Part shown: piece after piece, positions 8,614 through 18,175 of the stretch
Layout: each line of letters starts with the position of its first letter
Numbering within the stretch: position 1 is the stretch's first letter
Source of the DNA: Candidatus Liptonbacteria bacterium
Lineage (GTDB): Bacteria; Patescibacteriota; Minisyncoccia; UBA6257; 2-01-FULL-56-20
Length of the DNA stretch: 64,000 nt
Reading direction: 5' to 3'
Assembly (NCBI GenBank): GCA_016867315.1
Contig: VGJV01000001.1
Location: 194,649 to 258,648, forward strand
Program-made: the position numbers and the translations under genes
Notes under the pieces: generated by a model
What the model saw: only the letters and a program-made list of their open reading frames with translations
What the model was told of the DNA's origin: nothing
The model's database searches: none

Positions 8614-8646
8614 ACAGCAAGTAGCAGGTAGCATGTAGCAAGTAGT
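8614..8646. repeat. short tandem repeat array (GTAGCA/AGCAAG units) upstream of small gene 8653..8964
   Basis: AGCAAGTAGCAGGTAGCATGTAGCAAGTAG. Confidence 0.5.
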
Positions 8647-8652
8647 ATAAAT

Positions 8653-8964
8653 ATGAACACCGACTTTTTAAAAAAGATTCAAGAAGCGGATCACGCGACG
8701 AAGAAGCAGGTGCTTTTTATTGCATCGGCTGTCGCGATGCTTCTTGTGGTTCTTGTCTGGTTGCTCTATTTTAATAATCTTGTAGCTTCCACGGCGGCAG
8801 AAATCTCTCCGCTTGCCGCAGAGGAGCCGCAAGAAGATCGTTCCTTTTGGGGAACGATGCATCGTGGGACCGCCGTGCTTTACGGGAATATAAAAGGAGG
8901 AGTTGAATGGTTGGGGCAGGCATTGCAGGCTCCTCGCGAATATATAGTGAAGCCTCCTCAGTAG
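8653..8964 (+). CDS. small single-TM membrane protein, hypothetical
   Basis: 103 aa with hydrophobic segment 'VLFIASAVAMLLVVLVWLLYF', flanked on both sides by TAGCA-type tandem repeats. Confidence 0.4.
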   Translation: MNTDFLKKIQEADHATKKQVLFIASAVAMLLVVLVWLLYFNNLVASTAAEISPLAAEEPQEDRSFWGTMHRGTAVLYGNIKGGVEWLGQALQAPREYIVKPPQ

Positions 8965-8996
8965 CTACATAGCAAAGAGCGAATAGCATATAGCGA
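8961..8996. repeat. short tandem repeat array (TAGCA-type) downstream of the small gene
   Basis: GTAGCTACATAGCAAAGAGCGAATAGCATATAGCGA. Confidence 0.5.
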
Positions 8997-9007
8997 AACC
9001 AAAATTT

Positions 9008-11452
9008 ATGTCGAACGTAGAAAAAAGAGAAATAACTAACGAATTAAGCGAGTCCTATCTCGACTATGCAATGTCGGTGATCGTGGCGCGTGCCCTTCCG
9101 GACGTGAGGGACGGATTGAAGCCTGTGCATCGTCGTGTGCTTTGGACAATGTGGTCCATTGGGCTCACGCATCTCGCGAAATTTAGGAAGTCGGCGAATG
9201 TGGTGGGAGAGACCATGGCCAAATACCATCCGCACGGAGATGTGGCGATTTACGACACCTTGGTGCGTATGGCCCAGGATTTCTCGCTCCGATACCCCTT
9301 GGTCAAAGGCCAAGGAAACTTCGGGTCGGTGGACGGCGATGCGGCCGCCGCTATGAGGTATACCGAATCTCGGCTTTCGAAGATCGCGGAGGAACTCCTG
9401 CTCGATATCGAAAAGGAAACGGTGGATTGGGCGCCGAACTACGATGCGACTCGGGAAGAACCAAAAGTATTTCCCGCCAAACTCCCGAACCTCCTGGTGA
9501 ACGGCACATTGGGAATCGCGGTTGGAATGGCGACGAGTATTCCGCCGCACAACCTGACCGAAGTGCTCGATGCCACGCTTCTGCTTGCCGATAAGCCTTC
9601 GGCGACGACTGAGGAACTTCTGGAGTTCGTCAAAGGCCCGGACTTTCCCACGGGAGGAGTGATGTACGACCGCGCCGCGATTCGCCAAGCCTATTCTACG
9701 GGTCGCGGGTCGGTCACGACGCGGGCCAAAGCGGAAGTCGTGGATCGGAAGAAGTCCGGCGAGAGCGGGCGTGGAGGACAAGATATCGTGATCACCGAAA
9801 TTCCCTATCAAGTGAACAAGTCGGAGTTAGTGAAGCAGATTGCGATACTTGTTACCGATAAAAAGGTAGAGGGCATCCGCGACCTTCGCGATGAATCCGG
9901 CCGGGAGGGGATGCGGATCGTGGTGGAGCTCAAAAACGATGCCGCGCCTCAGAAAGTGCTCAATCAACTTTATCGTCACTCCGATCTTCAGAAAGATTTT
10001 CACTTTAATATGATCGCGCTCCGCGACGGGATTCAGCCCGAACTTTTCTCTTTGAAAGAGATGCTTATGGCGTATCTTGAGCACCGCAAAGAAGTGGTAC
10101 GCCGGAGGACGCAATTTGATTTGAAACGAGCCGAAGAGCGGGCGCACATTTTGGAAGGGCTCGCGACAGCGCTCGACTCCATTGATAAGGTGATCTCGAC
10201 GATCCGGAAATCTAAGGACCGCGAAGATGCGCACGCGAATTTGATGAAACTTTTCAAACTTACGGATGTGCAGGCGACGGCAATTTTGGAAATGAAGCTG
10301 CAAACTTTGGCGGCGCTCGAACGGCAGAAGATCGAAGCCGAACTCAAAGAAAAGCGCGCGCTTATCAAAGAACTGAATCTTATCTTGAAGAGTCCGGCAC
10401 GAATTATGGGGGTGATCAAAGACGAGCTCAAAGACCTCAAAGAAAAGTATGGCGATCGGCGCCGCACGCAGGTGGTGGCCTCAGCCTTGAAGGCTATGAC
10501 CGATGAAGACCTCGTGCCTGAAGAGGATGCGATCGTGACTTTCTCTTCGAGCGGCTATGTGAAGCGCGTACCGCCGGATTCCTTCCGGATGCAGCGGCGT
10601 GGAGGCAAGGGGCTTATCGGGTCGGATGTCGCCGAAGAAGATTTTCTTTCCCATTTCTTCCACGCGAATACGCACGATAAAATTTTATTCTTTACCGATC
10701 GCGGGCGGGTATTCGAGACGCGGGCATATGAAATTCCCGCAGCGAGCCGGACGGCCAAAGGCAAAGCGATTCACAATTTCCTCGAGCTTCCCACGGATGA
10801 GAATATCAGCGCGATTGTGAATCTTCCTGCTAAAAGCTTAAAGCTTAACGCTCAAAGCTATTTATTTATGACCACTAAAGACGGGATGGTCAAGAAAACG
10901 CCTCTCAAAGATTTTGAAAATATTCGGCGCACCGGCATCATCGCCATCTCTTTGAAGAAAGGGGACATGCTCAAATGGGTGCGAGCTTCCACCGGGAACG
11001 ATCAAGTGATTCTGGTGACGGAACAAGGTCAATCCATTCGGTTTGCCGAATCTCAAGTGCGATCTATGGGGCGTGGCGCGGCAGGGGTGCGCGGGATTCG
11101 ATTGCGCAGCGGAGACTCGGTGGCGGGGTGTGACTTGGTGAAGAAGGGAGATACGGCACAACTTTTGGTCGTGATGGCAAACGGTTTTGGGAAACGCACG
11201 CCGCTCAAGGAATATAAAGTGCAGGGCCGCGGCGGATCGGGAATCAAGACGGCAAATGTGACGACCAAGACCGGGAAAGTGGTGGCGTCGCTCGTGATTG
11301 GAGAAGAGACTGAGCTTTTGGCACTTTCTGCTAAGGGGCAAGTGATTCGGACGGATTTAGGAAGTGTGCGTCAGACCGGCCGGTCTGCGCAGGGGGTGCG
11401 CATTATGAATATGAACCAGGGAGATAGGGTGGCGGGATTGGTGGTGATTTAG
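9008..11452 (+). CDS. gyrA: DNA gyrase subunit A
   Basis: N-terminal '[27 protein letters not shown]', an active-site tyrosine region, the GyrA-box 'QRRGGKG' and six C-terminal beta-pinwheel repeats; 814 aa. Confidence 0.95.
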   Translation: MSNVEKREITNELSESYLDYAMSVIVARALPDVRDGLKPVHRRVLWTMWSIGLTHLAKFRKSANVVGETMAKYHPHGDVAIYDTLVRMAQDFSLRYPLVKGQGNFGSVDGDAAAAMRYTESRLSKIAEELLLDIEKETVDWAPNYDATREEPKVFPAKLPNLLVNGTLGIAVGMATSIPPHNLTEVLDATLLLADKPSATTEELLEFVKGPDFPTGGVMYDRAAIRQAYSTGRGSVTTRAKAEVVDRKKSGESGRGGQDIVITEIPYQVNKSELVKQIAILVTDKKVEGIRDLRDESGREGMRIVVELKNDAAPQKVLNQLYRHSDLQKDFHFNMIALRDGIQPELFSLKEMLMAYLEHRKEVVRRRTQFDLKRAEERAHILEGLATALDSIDKVISTIRKSKDREDAHANLMKLFKLTDVQATAILEMKLQTLAALERQKIEAELKEKRALIKELNLILKSPARIMGVIKDELKDLKEKYGDRRRTQVVASALKAMTDEDLVPEEDAIVTFSSSGYVKRVPPDSFRMQRRGGKGLIGSDVAEEDFLSHFFHANTHDKILFFTDRGRVFETRAYEIPAASRTAKGKAIHNFLELPTDENISAIVNLPAKSLKLNAQSYLFMTTKDGMVKKTPLKDFENIRRTGIIAISLKKGDMLKWVRASTGNDQVILVTEQGQSIRFAESQVRSMGRGAAGVRGIRLRSGDSVAGCDLVKKGDTAQLLVVMANGFGKRTPLKEYKVQGRGGSGIKTANVTTKTGKVVASLVIGEETELLALSAKGQVIRTDLGSVRQTGRSAQGVRIMNMNQGDRVAGLVVI

Positions 11453-11461
11453 CCATCTTGG

Positions 11462-11562
11462 GAATCCGCCCCTTCCTCCCTGCGGATTTACGGTCAGAAG
11501 GGGCGGATTCTCTGTGGGTCACCGAGCAGTAGGGCTATTGCGTTACGAGAATCCCCTCCCAT
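11462..11562. repeat. structured intergenic repeat element, copy E (14-bp perfect hairpin arms + conserved GCTAT..CGAGAATCCCC module)
   Basis: GAATCCGCCCCTTC...GAAGGGGCGGATTC hairpin (11462-11510), then GCTATTGCGTTACGAGAATCCCCTCC, related to copies at 27204, 28395, 36771, 42640, 57759 and 63128. Confidence 0.5.
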
Positions 11563-11613
11563 ACACTCCGTTACCGTAAGCCTTTTTATTTGGGGAGATG
11601 GTAGAATAAGGTT

Positions 11614-11910
11614 ATGACTTGGAAGAAATGGCCGTATTGGTTGCGAGGAGGGGTGATTGGGGGAGTGATTGCTCTTATTTCCTCAATACTGACGCATATT
11701 TGTGAATTTCAAGGCATAGGTCTTGATTGTGTCCTAGTGGGATTTCCTTGGTTAGTTCTCACCCCAATTTTTTTATGGCAGCTCCCGTTTTTTAACTTTG
11801 CGCTTATTACCTTATACCCTTTAACGATATTAATTGGTATCGGAATTTATTTTTTTCTCGGGTCTTTCGTAGGTAACATCATCGGATATATAAAAAAAAG
11901 AAAGTATTAA
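11614..11910 (+). CDS. small polytopic membrane protein, hypothetical
   Basis: 98 aa, almost entirely hydrophobic helices. Confidence 0.4.
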   Translation: MTWKKWPYWLRGGVIGGVIALISSILTHICEFQGIGLDCVLVGFPWLVLTPIFLWQLPFFNFALITLYPLTILIGIGIYFFLGSFVGNIIGYIKKRKY

Positions 11911-11915
11911 AACTG

Positions 11916-11962
11916 AAAGCCTTGTCTGCGGCGCAGACAAGGCTTCGTGATTTATTTCTTTT
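11916..11962. terminator. bidirectional intrinsic terminator between convergent genes
   Basis: AAAGCCTTGTCTGCG.GCGCAGACAAGGCTT near-perfect hairpin followed by TTTATTTCTTTTG, with an A-run on the 5' side. Confidence 0.6.
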
Positions 11963-11966
11963 GCGT

Positions 11967-14315
11967 TTAGGGGGTTGTAGCCCGATAAAATCGAGCAGGT
12001 GTGTTGGTTGTTAATGAGTCGGTGAATTGAACCGAGCCATTCATGTTTGCAAGCAGGGCAGTGGTGGTCCAGTCCACGAGATTTGATGAGGATTGTACCG
12101 TGTAGGTGTATCCTTGAGGTCCCCTGAGTTGGAGAATGGGCGTTCCATTTGTGAGTGTGCCTGTAAGGGAAAGCGAGAATGATTCTCGCAGTCCGCGGAA
12201 ACCAATTGCGACATTGGTGATGGTTACGCTTGAGCGGGCGTCCGAGAATGGATCGAGCCGGAAGCCCAACATGCGAATACCGTTTGTGGCGGTCTCGGGA
12301 ATCGGGAAAGAGTGCTTCTGTAATCCCGGAAGTGTTACTCTTTCGTCAAGCAATCCTATCACGTTTGTTCCCCAATAGATCGAAAGCAAACTCTCCGCTC
12401 TCTTTTCGCTTGTAAATGAAGCTTCGAAGGAGAGGAAGTTTATGACATTCGTTATCTCTATGGGTTTTGCAACCCATGCTGGTGAAGCAGTCGTGAGATG
12501 CATTCCTGTGCCGATGAGTTCCTTAATTCCTGTCGAACTTTGGATTAGGGATGTATCATTACCCCATTCAAATGTTGGGTTTGCGAACATGGGCGTCGTT
12601 TCGTTTGGGAGGGGTACGCAGGGGATATCCGACTTCCCTAATAGCATTGGTGATTTGTTGCCAGGAGGATATTGGTTCAATGCCTTTTTCCATCCTCCAG
12701 CTTCCTGACTTAAAGGAAAACCGAATCCCCTTGCGTCAGACCACTCCGGTTCTCTGATAGTGCGCTTGTAGAAGTCCACGGGCCAGTGATGACTACTCAC
12801 TATTGTTCCACATGTAGCACCTGCAATGCCTGCCACGGCAGAGTAGAATATCTGAACTAAATTTATGTTGTCATCTAGTCCAGTAACATCCACGTTGTAC
12901 GCCCCTTCAATGTATCCTTCCGTAGCAGAAAATATTTCACCACTTGTTTCAAGATCGTGAGCAAAATAATAATCTGACCAATCAGCCCGTTTCCCATACG
13001 TAGTCCTCCACTCATTATTAAGACCCATGAATGGGTCTAAAAAAGTGAGGTGAATTTTCACTTCGGATGAGAGGGAGGATTTTATAACATCCGAGGCCGT
13101 CTGTATTAAGGGCGCTCCTGCGCTGTAGGCAATTAAATGGACATTTTCCCACTTATTCATGAGAAGGCAGTCGCCGAGTATCACTCCTTCATCTCTAGAA
13201 TTGCGAATTGCTGTTGTTGGACTTGCTACCCAAGCTTTCTCTATCCACCTATAGGCGCAAACTTGCCAATTGTTAGCACCGCTTTTTCTCAGATAAGAGG
13301 TAATTTCATTGGTTATGGAATCTAGCCATGGGGAATCTGGAGGAGAGAAGGGACTTAGTAGTCGGTTAAGCCATCCATGTGTTACCACAATGAGGCCATC
13401 TTTCCCCGGGAGTTTCTCGGGGCAGTCGCCATACGTGGGTCGGATTGCTTGTGTTTGCTCCACTGTCCGCAGTTCCTCAGCAGAAATGCTGCGAGCGCGA
13501 TTCATCTCGAATACTCGGATGAATTCCGAGGCAGTGGCGAATGTGTCTGAGGGAGCTTGAATTGGATTTGATTTCGATCTGATTTCGGCGACAATGCCGA
13601 ATCTTGAGCGTAGCCAATAGAAGGTTCGTTGGTATTCCGTGGCAACACGCACAAATATTCCGTTGTCCTCGAAATCCATTTGAATTTCTTGTTCAGTGAG
13701 TTCGTTTACACGTAGTGCTTCGCCGGAATTTAATCCGGGTTGGGCAAGCGTGCCAAACGCATCGGCTTTGCTTGTGCGTTTCGAGATGATCCGAAGAGAG
13801 AGTCCAATCGGTTGATTAGGCTCATCTTGATTCAAAATCATTCTCACGTCGTATTGTGTTTCTGATTTCCATGCATCTCCGAATTTGATTGTTTCCGGAA
13901 AATCCACAATGGGGTTTACAAACGGTACGGAGTTGGAGCTCAACTTCGGATTGTAGAACCCGAAGAGCTGGCGACCTATGCCCGGAGTTTGAGCGATATA
14001 AAGCCAGGATTTCGAATTGTCGGCTGGATTTATTCTTCGTTCTGCGAGGGTAGCGCCAGGAATCGGAGTATTGCCGTCACTCACGGCTACGTAATCAAGT
14101 TGTAGGAGATTCGTAGGGCCCGAGGAGAAGTCCCAATGCTGGGGGCCTCCGGCGGTGCCTAATTTTCCCGCTACCGATACCTCGTTCGTGCTTGCATACG
14201 CGCGGGCATATTCTCCGATTTCACGGAATATGTCCTTAGAGGTGATGGTGATTTGCCCGTGTGCGGAAACAATTGTACCGACGATTGCGAGTAGTATCTG
14301 GAGTTTTCTTTTCAT
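11967..14315 (-). CDS. secreted alpha/beta-hydrolase (lipase/esterase-like) with C-terminal beta-sandwich sorting-like domain
   Basis: Signal peptide 'MKRKLQILLAIVGTIVSAHG'; central 'LIVVTHGW...VHLIAYSAGAPL' (a lipase-like A/GxSxG nucleophile elbow); C-terminal 'YTYTVQSSSNLVDWTT...RFYRATTP'. Confidence 0.45.
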   Translation of the reverse strand: MKRKLQILLAIVGTIVSAHGQITITSKDIFREIGEYARAYASTNEVSVAGKLGTAGGPQHWDFSSGPTNLLQLDYVAVSDGNTPIPGATLAERRINPADNSKSWLYIAQTPGIGRQLFGFYNPKLSSNSVPFVNPIVDFPETIKFGDAWKSETQYDVRMILNQDEPNQPIGLSLRIISKRTSKADAFGTLAQPGLNSGEALRVNELTEQEIQMDFEDNGIFVRVATEYQRTFYWLRSRFGIVAEIRSKSNPIQAPSDTFATASEFIRVFEMNRARSISAEELRTVEQTQAIRPTYGDCPEKLPGKDGLIVVTHGWLNRLLSPFSPPDSPWLDSITNEITSYLRKSGANNWQVCAYRWIEKAWVASPTTAIRNSRDEGVILGDCLLMNKWENVHLIAYSAGAPLIQTASDVIKSSLSSEVKIHLTFLDPFMGLNNEWRTTYGKRADWSDYYFAHDLETSGEIFSATEGYIEGAYNVDVTGLDDNINLVQIFYSAVAGIAGATCGTIVSSHHWPVDFYKRTIREPEWSDARGFGFPLSQEAGGWKKALNQYPPGNKSPMLLGKSDIPCVPLPNETTPMFANPTFEWGNDTSLIQSSTGIKELIGTGMHLTTASPAWVAKPIEITNVINFLSFEASFTSEKRAESLLSIYWGTNVIGLLDERVTLPGLQKHSFPIPETATNGIRMLGFRLDPFSDARSSVTITNVAIGFRGLRESFSLSLTGTLTNGTPILQLRGPQGYTYTVQSSSNLVDWTTTALLANMNGSVQFTDSLTTNTPARFYRATTP

Positions 14316-14514
14316 AACATTCAGAGCAATCTTTTTGAGTTTTAAATTTGTTGGTTAACCCTATTTGGAGCAGGGTTTATCTCTATAAGCAGAATACAAT
14401 GGAATTAAATTAGGTATCAAAATGTAAGCGGCCCTCCTTTGAGAAGATCTCTAGGGAGGGCCTGCTTATTTTCTGCTTTTGCTGCACTCGATTAAGGGTT
14501 TTCGGTTGGGGAGG

Positions 14515-15423
14515 TTAGTTCGGATACATCACTGATTGCACTGTGACTGTGATGGTGTTGGTTCCAAGGTTGTGGAAGGTAAACGCGTTTCCGATCACAT
14601 CTCTTTCCGCGCGGGCGGGCAGTTTTTCACTGCGCCCATTTGGAAAGAAAACGGCGACTTCGTCTGAATCGGTGGTGAGGACAATTCGACTGCTTCGATC
14701 GTCCACTTCCACTATGTCAGACTGGCCTTGCGGATCGATGGTTATTTCCTTCTTTCCCCTCAGTCCTACGCGGATCACGGTATTCGTGCTGCTGCCACCC
14801 ACGGTCCCTGCTCCTCCGCTTGTTCCTGATGCTGTATTTGTGGAAACTGTCGCCGTTTGACCGTTGATGCTCAACGAAAAGCGATTGTCGTTCACAAATA
14901 CGGTTGCGCCAGGTGTGCCCTGCACGGTGTAACTCACGTTTCCTGGTCCGGGACCTGGGATAACGGTCGGAGCGCTCGTGCTTCCGGGAGGCGGCGGGAT
15001 TGCCGCGGGTGGAGCCATATAGGTTGGTGCTGCTGAAGCTGGCGACGGAGTCGCGAGTTTCATGATAGCTGCCACAACGACGATGGTTCCCAGGATGGCG
15101 ATGAGCACCCATCCCCATGGAGGCATGACAGGAGTCGAGTTCGAAGGCGGCGCAGATGGTGTGTTGGGCATCACTGCTACCACAGCCGCAGGACCTGCGA
15201 CGGTGATTCCAAGCGCTGCAATTTGTACCATTGCATCGGCGTGATTTGCTGCGTTGATAGTGCCGCTCACGGGGGCGCCAGCCGAGTTCGTACCAGTGTA
15301 TGAGAAGGTATGCATAGCATTCAGAGTTTCGGACGTTTTGTTAACAAACAGTATGTAAAAGTGCTCTTTCCTTGTGAGCACCCGGTTTGGGAGGTTACCC
15401 CAAGGATTGGCATATATTAGCAT
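14515..15423 (-). CDS. hypothetical membrane-anchored protein (operon gene 4 of 4)
   Basis: TM segment 'WGWVLIAILGTIVVVAAIM' followed by a Pro-rich linker and a beta-rich domain; no domain recognised. Confidence 0.4.
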   Translation of the reverse strand: MLIYANPWGNLPNRVLTRKEHFYILFVNKTSETLNAMHTFSYTGTNSAGAPVSGTINAANHADAMVQIAALGITVAGPAAVVAVMPNTPSAPPSNSTPVMPPWGWVLIAILGTIVVVAAIMKLATPSPASAAPTYMAPPAAIPPPPGSTSAPTVIPGPGPGNVSYTVQGTPGATVFVNDNRFSLSINGQTATVSTNTASGTSGGAGTVGGSSTNTVIRVGLRGKKEITIDPQGQSDIVEVDDRSSRIVLTTDSDEVAVFFPNGRSEKLPARAERDVIGNAFTFHNLGTNTITVTVQSVMYPN

Positions 15424-15580
15424 ACTTCTCCTTTTAAGTCAATATCCCTTCGGCAAGCTCAGGGCAAGCCTAGGAGCATTGAAACGTAAGGGTTCGTGCG
15501 GATTATGTGTATAAAAAGGCAATGGCTTCTTCAGATTTTTCCAAAGAAGCCATTGTTTGAATTCGACTTCGCTACACTCG

Positions 15581-16510
15581 TTACTGGAATTGGATTCGGA
15601 TGATCACCGGTGTGGAGCCTGGGTTGTACCATCGCATACCGGTCGGGAGGTCCCTATCGGTTGAGCGATGGAGTGGGCCATCCTCTTGCGGAGCAGCCCA
15701 ACCCGTGGGAAAGTATTTCTGTACGCCTACGTTTCCATCCGGCTGTGCGTAGAATCCTGTTGCATCAGGTGGAGCCGCAAGCGTCTCCGTCCAATACCCA
15801 GGATGCACCGCCACCGCCGTCCACTTCGTTCCAGGATCCATCCTCCTCGTTAAGCTTCCGGTTGAATCCGGTCGCAGAACGATTGGTTCCACTCGGCCGA
15901 TGTTCTGGAACTTTGCATTGATCTTCCCCGGTCCTCCGAAGCACAGGATTACAGTGAATAGAATGGCGATGACCACCATCCCCGTCACCATTCCTGGTTT
16001 TCGGATTGTATGGAAGAATCCTGCAGCTCCAACCGATAGAATGATGACTGGTGTAAGCAGCCAGCTATTCGTGATCGGCACCAGCGCGAGATAGATCGAA
16101 GCTCCCAGACTTATCGCATAGGCTGTCGCTACCCACATCCACGCCTTAGTCAACAATCTCTTGCCGAGATCGAAGAACGAAAGCGCAGGAAGGAGGAGGG
16201 CATCTCGCAGTCTCACGATGTAGAGCATCAAGCCGAGGAGGCTTGATGCAAAGAACGCGACTGCGAGCCAGGCAATAAGTGTTCGCTGATCGAGGAGGGC
16301 CAGGGAAAAGATGGTGCCGAGATATGCCACCGCAAACCAGATAAACCTTTCGGCGTATCGGTTCGCGAGGAAGTTCGCTCGATCCCATCCTGCTTCTGCG
16401 ATGTCGATTGTGTCTCCGAACCTCATCGCGACTGGAGATCCCGGGTTACAGACTGTCGGGATCAATTCGCGAAGGAGTTGGAACAGGTGATTAATGAATG
16501 TTTGGTTCAT
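15581..16510 (-). CDS. hypothetical polytopic membrane protein (operon gene 3; start taken at internal Met, MNQTF)
   Basis: About five hydrophobic helices then a soluble C-terminal domain. The 4-nt overlap with the upstream gene suggests translational coupling. Confidence 0.4.
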   Translation of the reverse strand: MNQTFINHLFQLLRELIPTVCNPGSPVAMRFGDTIDIAEAGWDRANFLANRYAERFIWFAVAYLGTIFSLALLDQRTLIAWLAVAFFASSLLGLMLYIVRLRDALLLPALSFFDLGKRLLTKAWMWVATAYAISLGASIYLALVPITNSWLLTPVIILSVGAAGFFHTIRKPGMVTGMVVIAILFTVILCFGGPGKINAKFQNIGRVEPIVLRPDSTGSLTRRMDPGTKWTAVAVHPGYWTETLAAPPDATGFYAQPDGNVGVQKYFPTGWAAPQEDGPLHRSTDRDLPTGMRWYNPGSTPVIIRIQFQ

Positions 16511-17136
16511 CGTCGCACCGCTCCTTCCTGGGCCCAGAGGTGAGCTTTGAGGTTTTGCATCCCCGGATGCGCTCGTGTGCAAACGGCATCGACCCCGGGT
16601 TTCGCCCAGCTTCCCGCTTGTTGCGCTTTCGCTGCAACAAACGCGGCGCCCTGAGTAAACATGTCGTTGTGATGTGTCATGAGTTCCGCGAGGAACTCTT
16701 TGCCGGTGGGATCTGCGCGAAGAATGCGTTCAAGGCGGAGGAGTTTGTCTTTCCCTCCTTGTCCTGACCCATCTTTGCCTCCGGCAGTGACTCGTTTCAA
16801 GAGCTTTTCGATGGTATTCGCCATGTAGGGTTTCCCATCGATTGTGACGATGCCGTGTTTGGCATCTCGAAGCAGCTTGAGGATGTGACAGGTTTTATCT
16901 GTGAACCGATTGGCGACCCAGCCCAGATCATCCATTAAGGCTTCCGGTTCTTCCGGTTGCAGCCTTCTATGGAGTTCATGGCTCAAGCCGACGCCTAGCT
17001 TTTTCAGCTTTGAAGCGCCGGTGAGGTCGATTCGTTCTCCTGTCTCATGTGCGAGTACTCCCACTGCGAATTCCACTACGCTTTCTCCTGCTCCTTTAAG
17101 CAGCCCTTTTAGGCCACTCCAGATTTGATGCATCAT
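16507..17136 (-). CDS. hypothetical protein (operon gene 2; start at MMHQIW)
   Basis: Soluble, Gly/Lys-rich; no motif recognised. Confidence 0.4.
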   Translation of the reverse strand: MMHQIWSGLKGLLKGAGESVVEFAVGVLAHETGERIDLTGASKLKKLGVGLSHELHRRLQPEEPEALMDDLGWVANRFTDKTCHILKLLRDAKHGIVTIDGKPYMANTIEKLLKRVTAGGKDGSGQGGKDKLLRLERILRADPTGKEFLAELMTHHNDMFTQGAAFVAAKAQQAGSWAKPGVDAVCTRAHPGMQNLKAHLWAQEGAVRR

Positions 17137-17161
17137 AATTTTATTTTCAGATTGTTGAGGT

Positions 17162-17935
17162 TTAGATTGCGGCCGGGAGTATAGTGTGTTTTTGCAACTG
17201 TTTACCCGACCCCACTTGCACTTCGACATACCTTTCCTTTTCAGTGTTTGGAATCGTCACTTTAAGGGTTTTGGTGCCGTCGACGCCCGTGGTGAAGCTG
17301 CTGATTTTACCGCCATTAATGAATTTCCCGCGCCATCCAGGAAGAGGATTTCCGTGTTCATCGTCATATACGTAGACGATAATCTCGTAATTTCCTTCCG
17401 TTCCTACGATGTCCCACTCCACTTTCCCTGCGGATTTATGCGGAGTGTGATGGGCGGCGGCAATTTTCTTTTCGGCTTCAGCGATGTCTGCTTTGGATCG
17501 TGCGGCTTTTGCGAGGTGATCTTGTTTAACTGCTTCGACCTCCTCAGGACTTGCCGTCGTTCCCAACTTCGCTGCTGCGTGATCCGCTTTGGCTTTTTGC
17601 AACTTCGCCTCGGCGACCCGCGCTTCTTTTTCTTCTAGAAGCTCGGGTTTAGGAGGAGCAGGCGTGACGATTTTTCGACCCCACGTCATTCCTCCTACAC
17701 TCACACGGATGGGATACGCGGACCCAGCGTTCATAGAGGGACTGTCCCACGTCACTTTCACATTCCCGTTGGTGGGGATGCTTTGTGGGGCGCCTGTGTT
17801 GAACGAGATATCCACATGATTCGGAAGTTGCCCTCCTGGCCAACCTGTACCTAAGAGCTCGATTACTACTTGTGCGATGTAGTTACCGGTCGCGAGTTTT
17901 TGGGGAGTGCGAATCTCCACATTTAATCTAGGCAT
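17162..17935 (-). CDS. hypothetical protein with two beta-rich domains separated by a Lys/Ala/Glu-rich helical linker (operon gene 1)
   Basis: 257 aa; 'EEKEARVAEAKLQKAKADHAAAKL...' coiled-coil-like linker. Confidence 0.45.
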   Translation of the reverse strand: MPRLNVEIRTPQKLATGNYIAQVVIELLGTGWPGGQLPNHVDISFNTGAPQSIPTNGNVKVTWDSPSMNAGSAYPIRVSVGGMTWGRKIVTPAPPKPELLEEKEARVAEAKLQKAKADHAAAKLGTTASPEEVEAVKQDHLAKAARSKADIAEAEKKIAAAHHTPHKSAGKVEWDIVGTEGNYEIIVYVYDDEHGNPLPGWRGKFINGGKISSFTTGVDGTKTLKVTIPNTEKERYVEVQVGSGKQLQKHTILPAAI

Positions 17936-18175
17936 ACTGCCATCCTTTCTTTTCTATCTAATCTAAGTTGATATTGACTTTTCAATGAAACGAAACGATG
18001 GCAGTCCCACAATGAGTGCGGGATAGGCTCACTTCACAAACAGGTGAAGCGACCCTAGAACCCGCTCAAAGAGCAAGCTGCCACGTGGTTACATCTTACC
18101 ATAGATCTTCTTCAAAGTCAAGATGTGTACAGTAAGCATAATTACTAATTATTAATTACCAATTACAATGACTGC

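Noticed and set aside
9044-11341. Several minus-strand ORFs inside gyrA (9044..9811, 9827..10303, 10033..10467, 10862..11341)
   Set aside because: Antisense to a highly conserved gene; Arg/His-rich low-complexity translations
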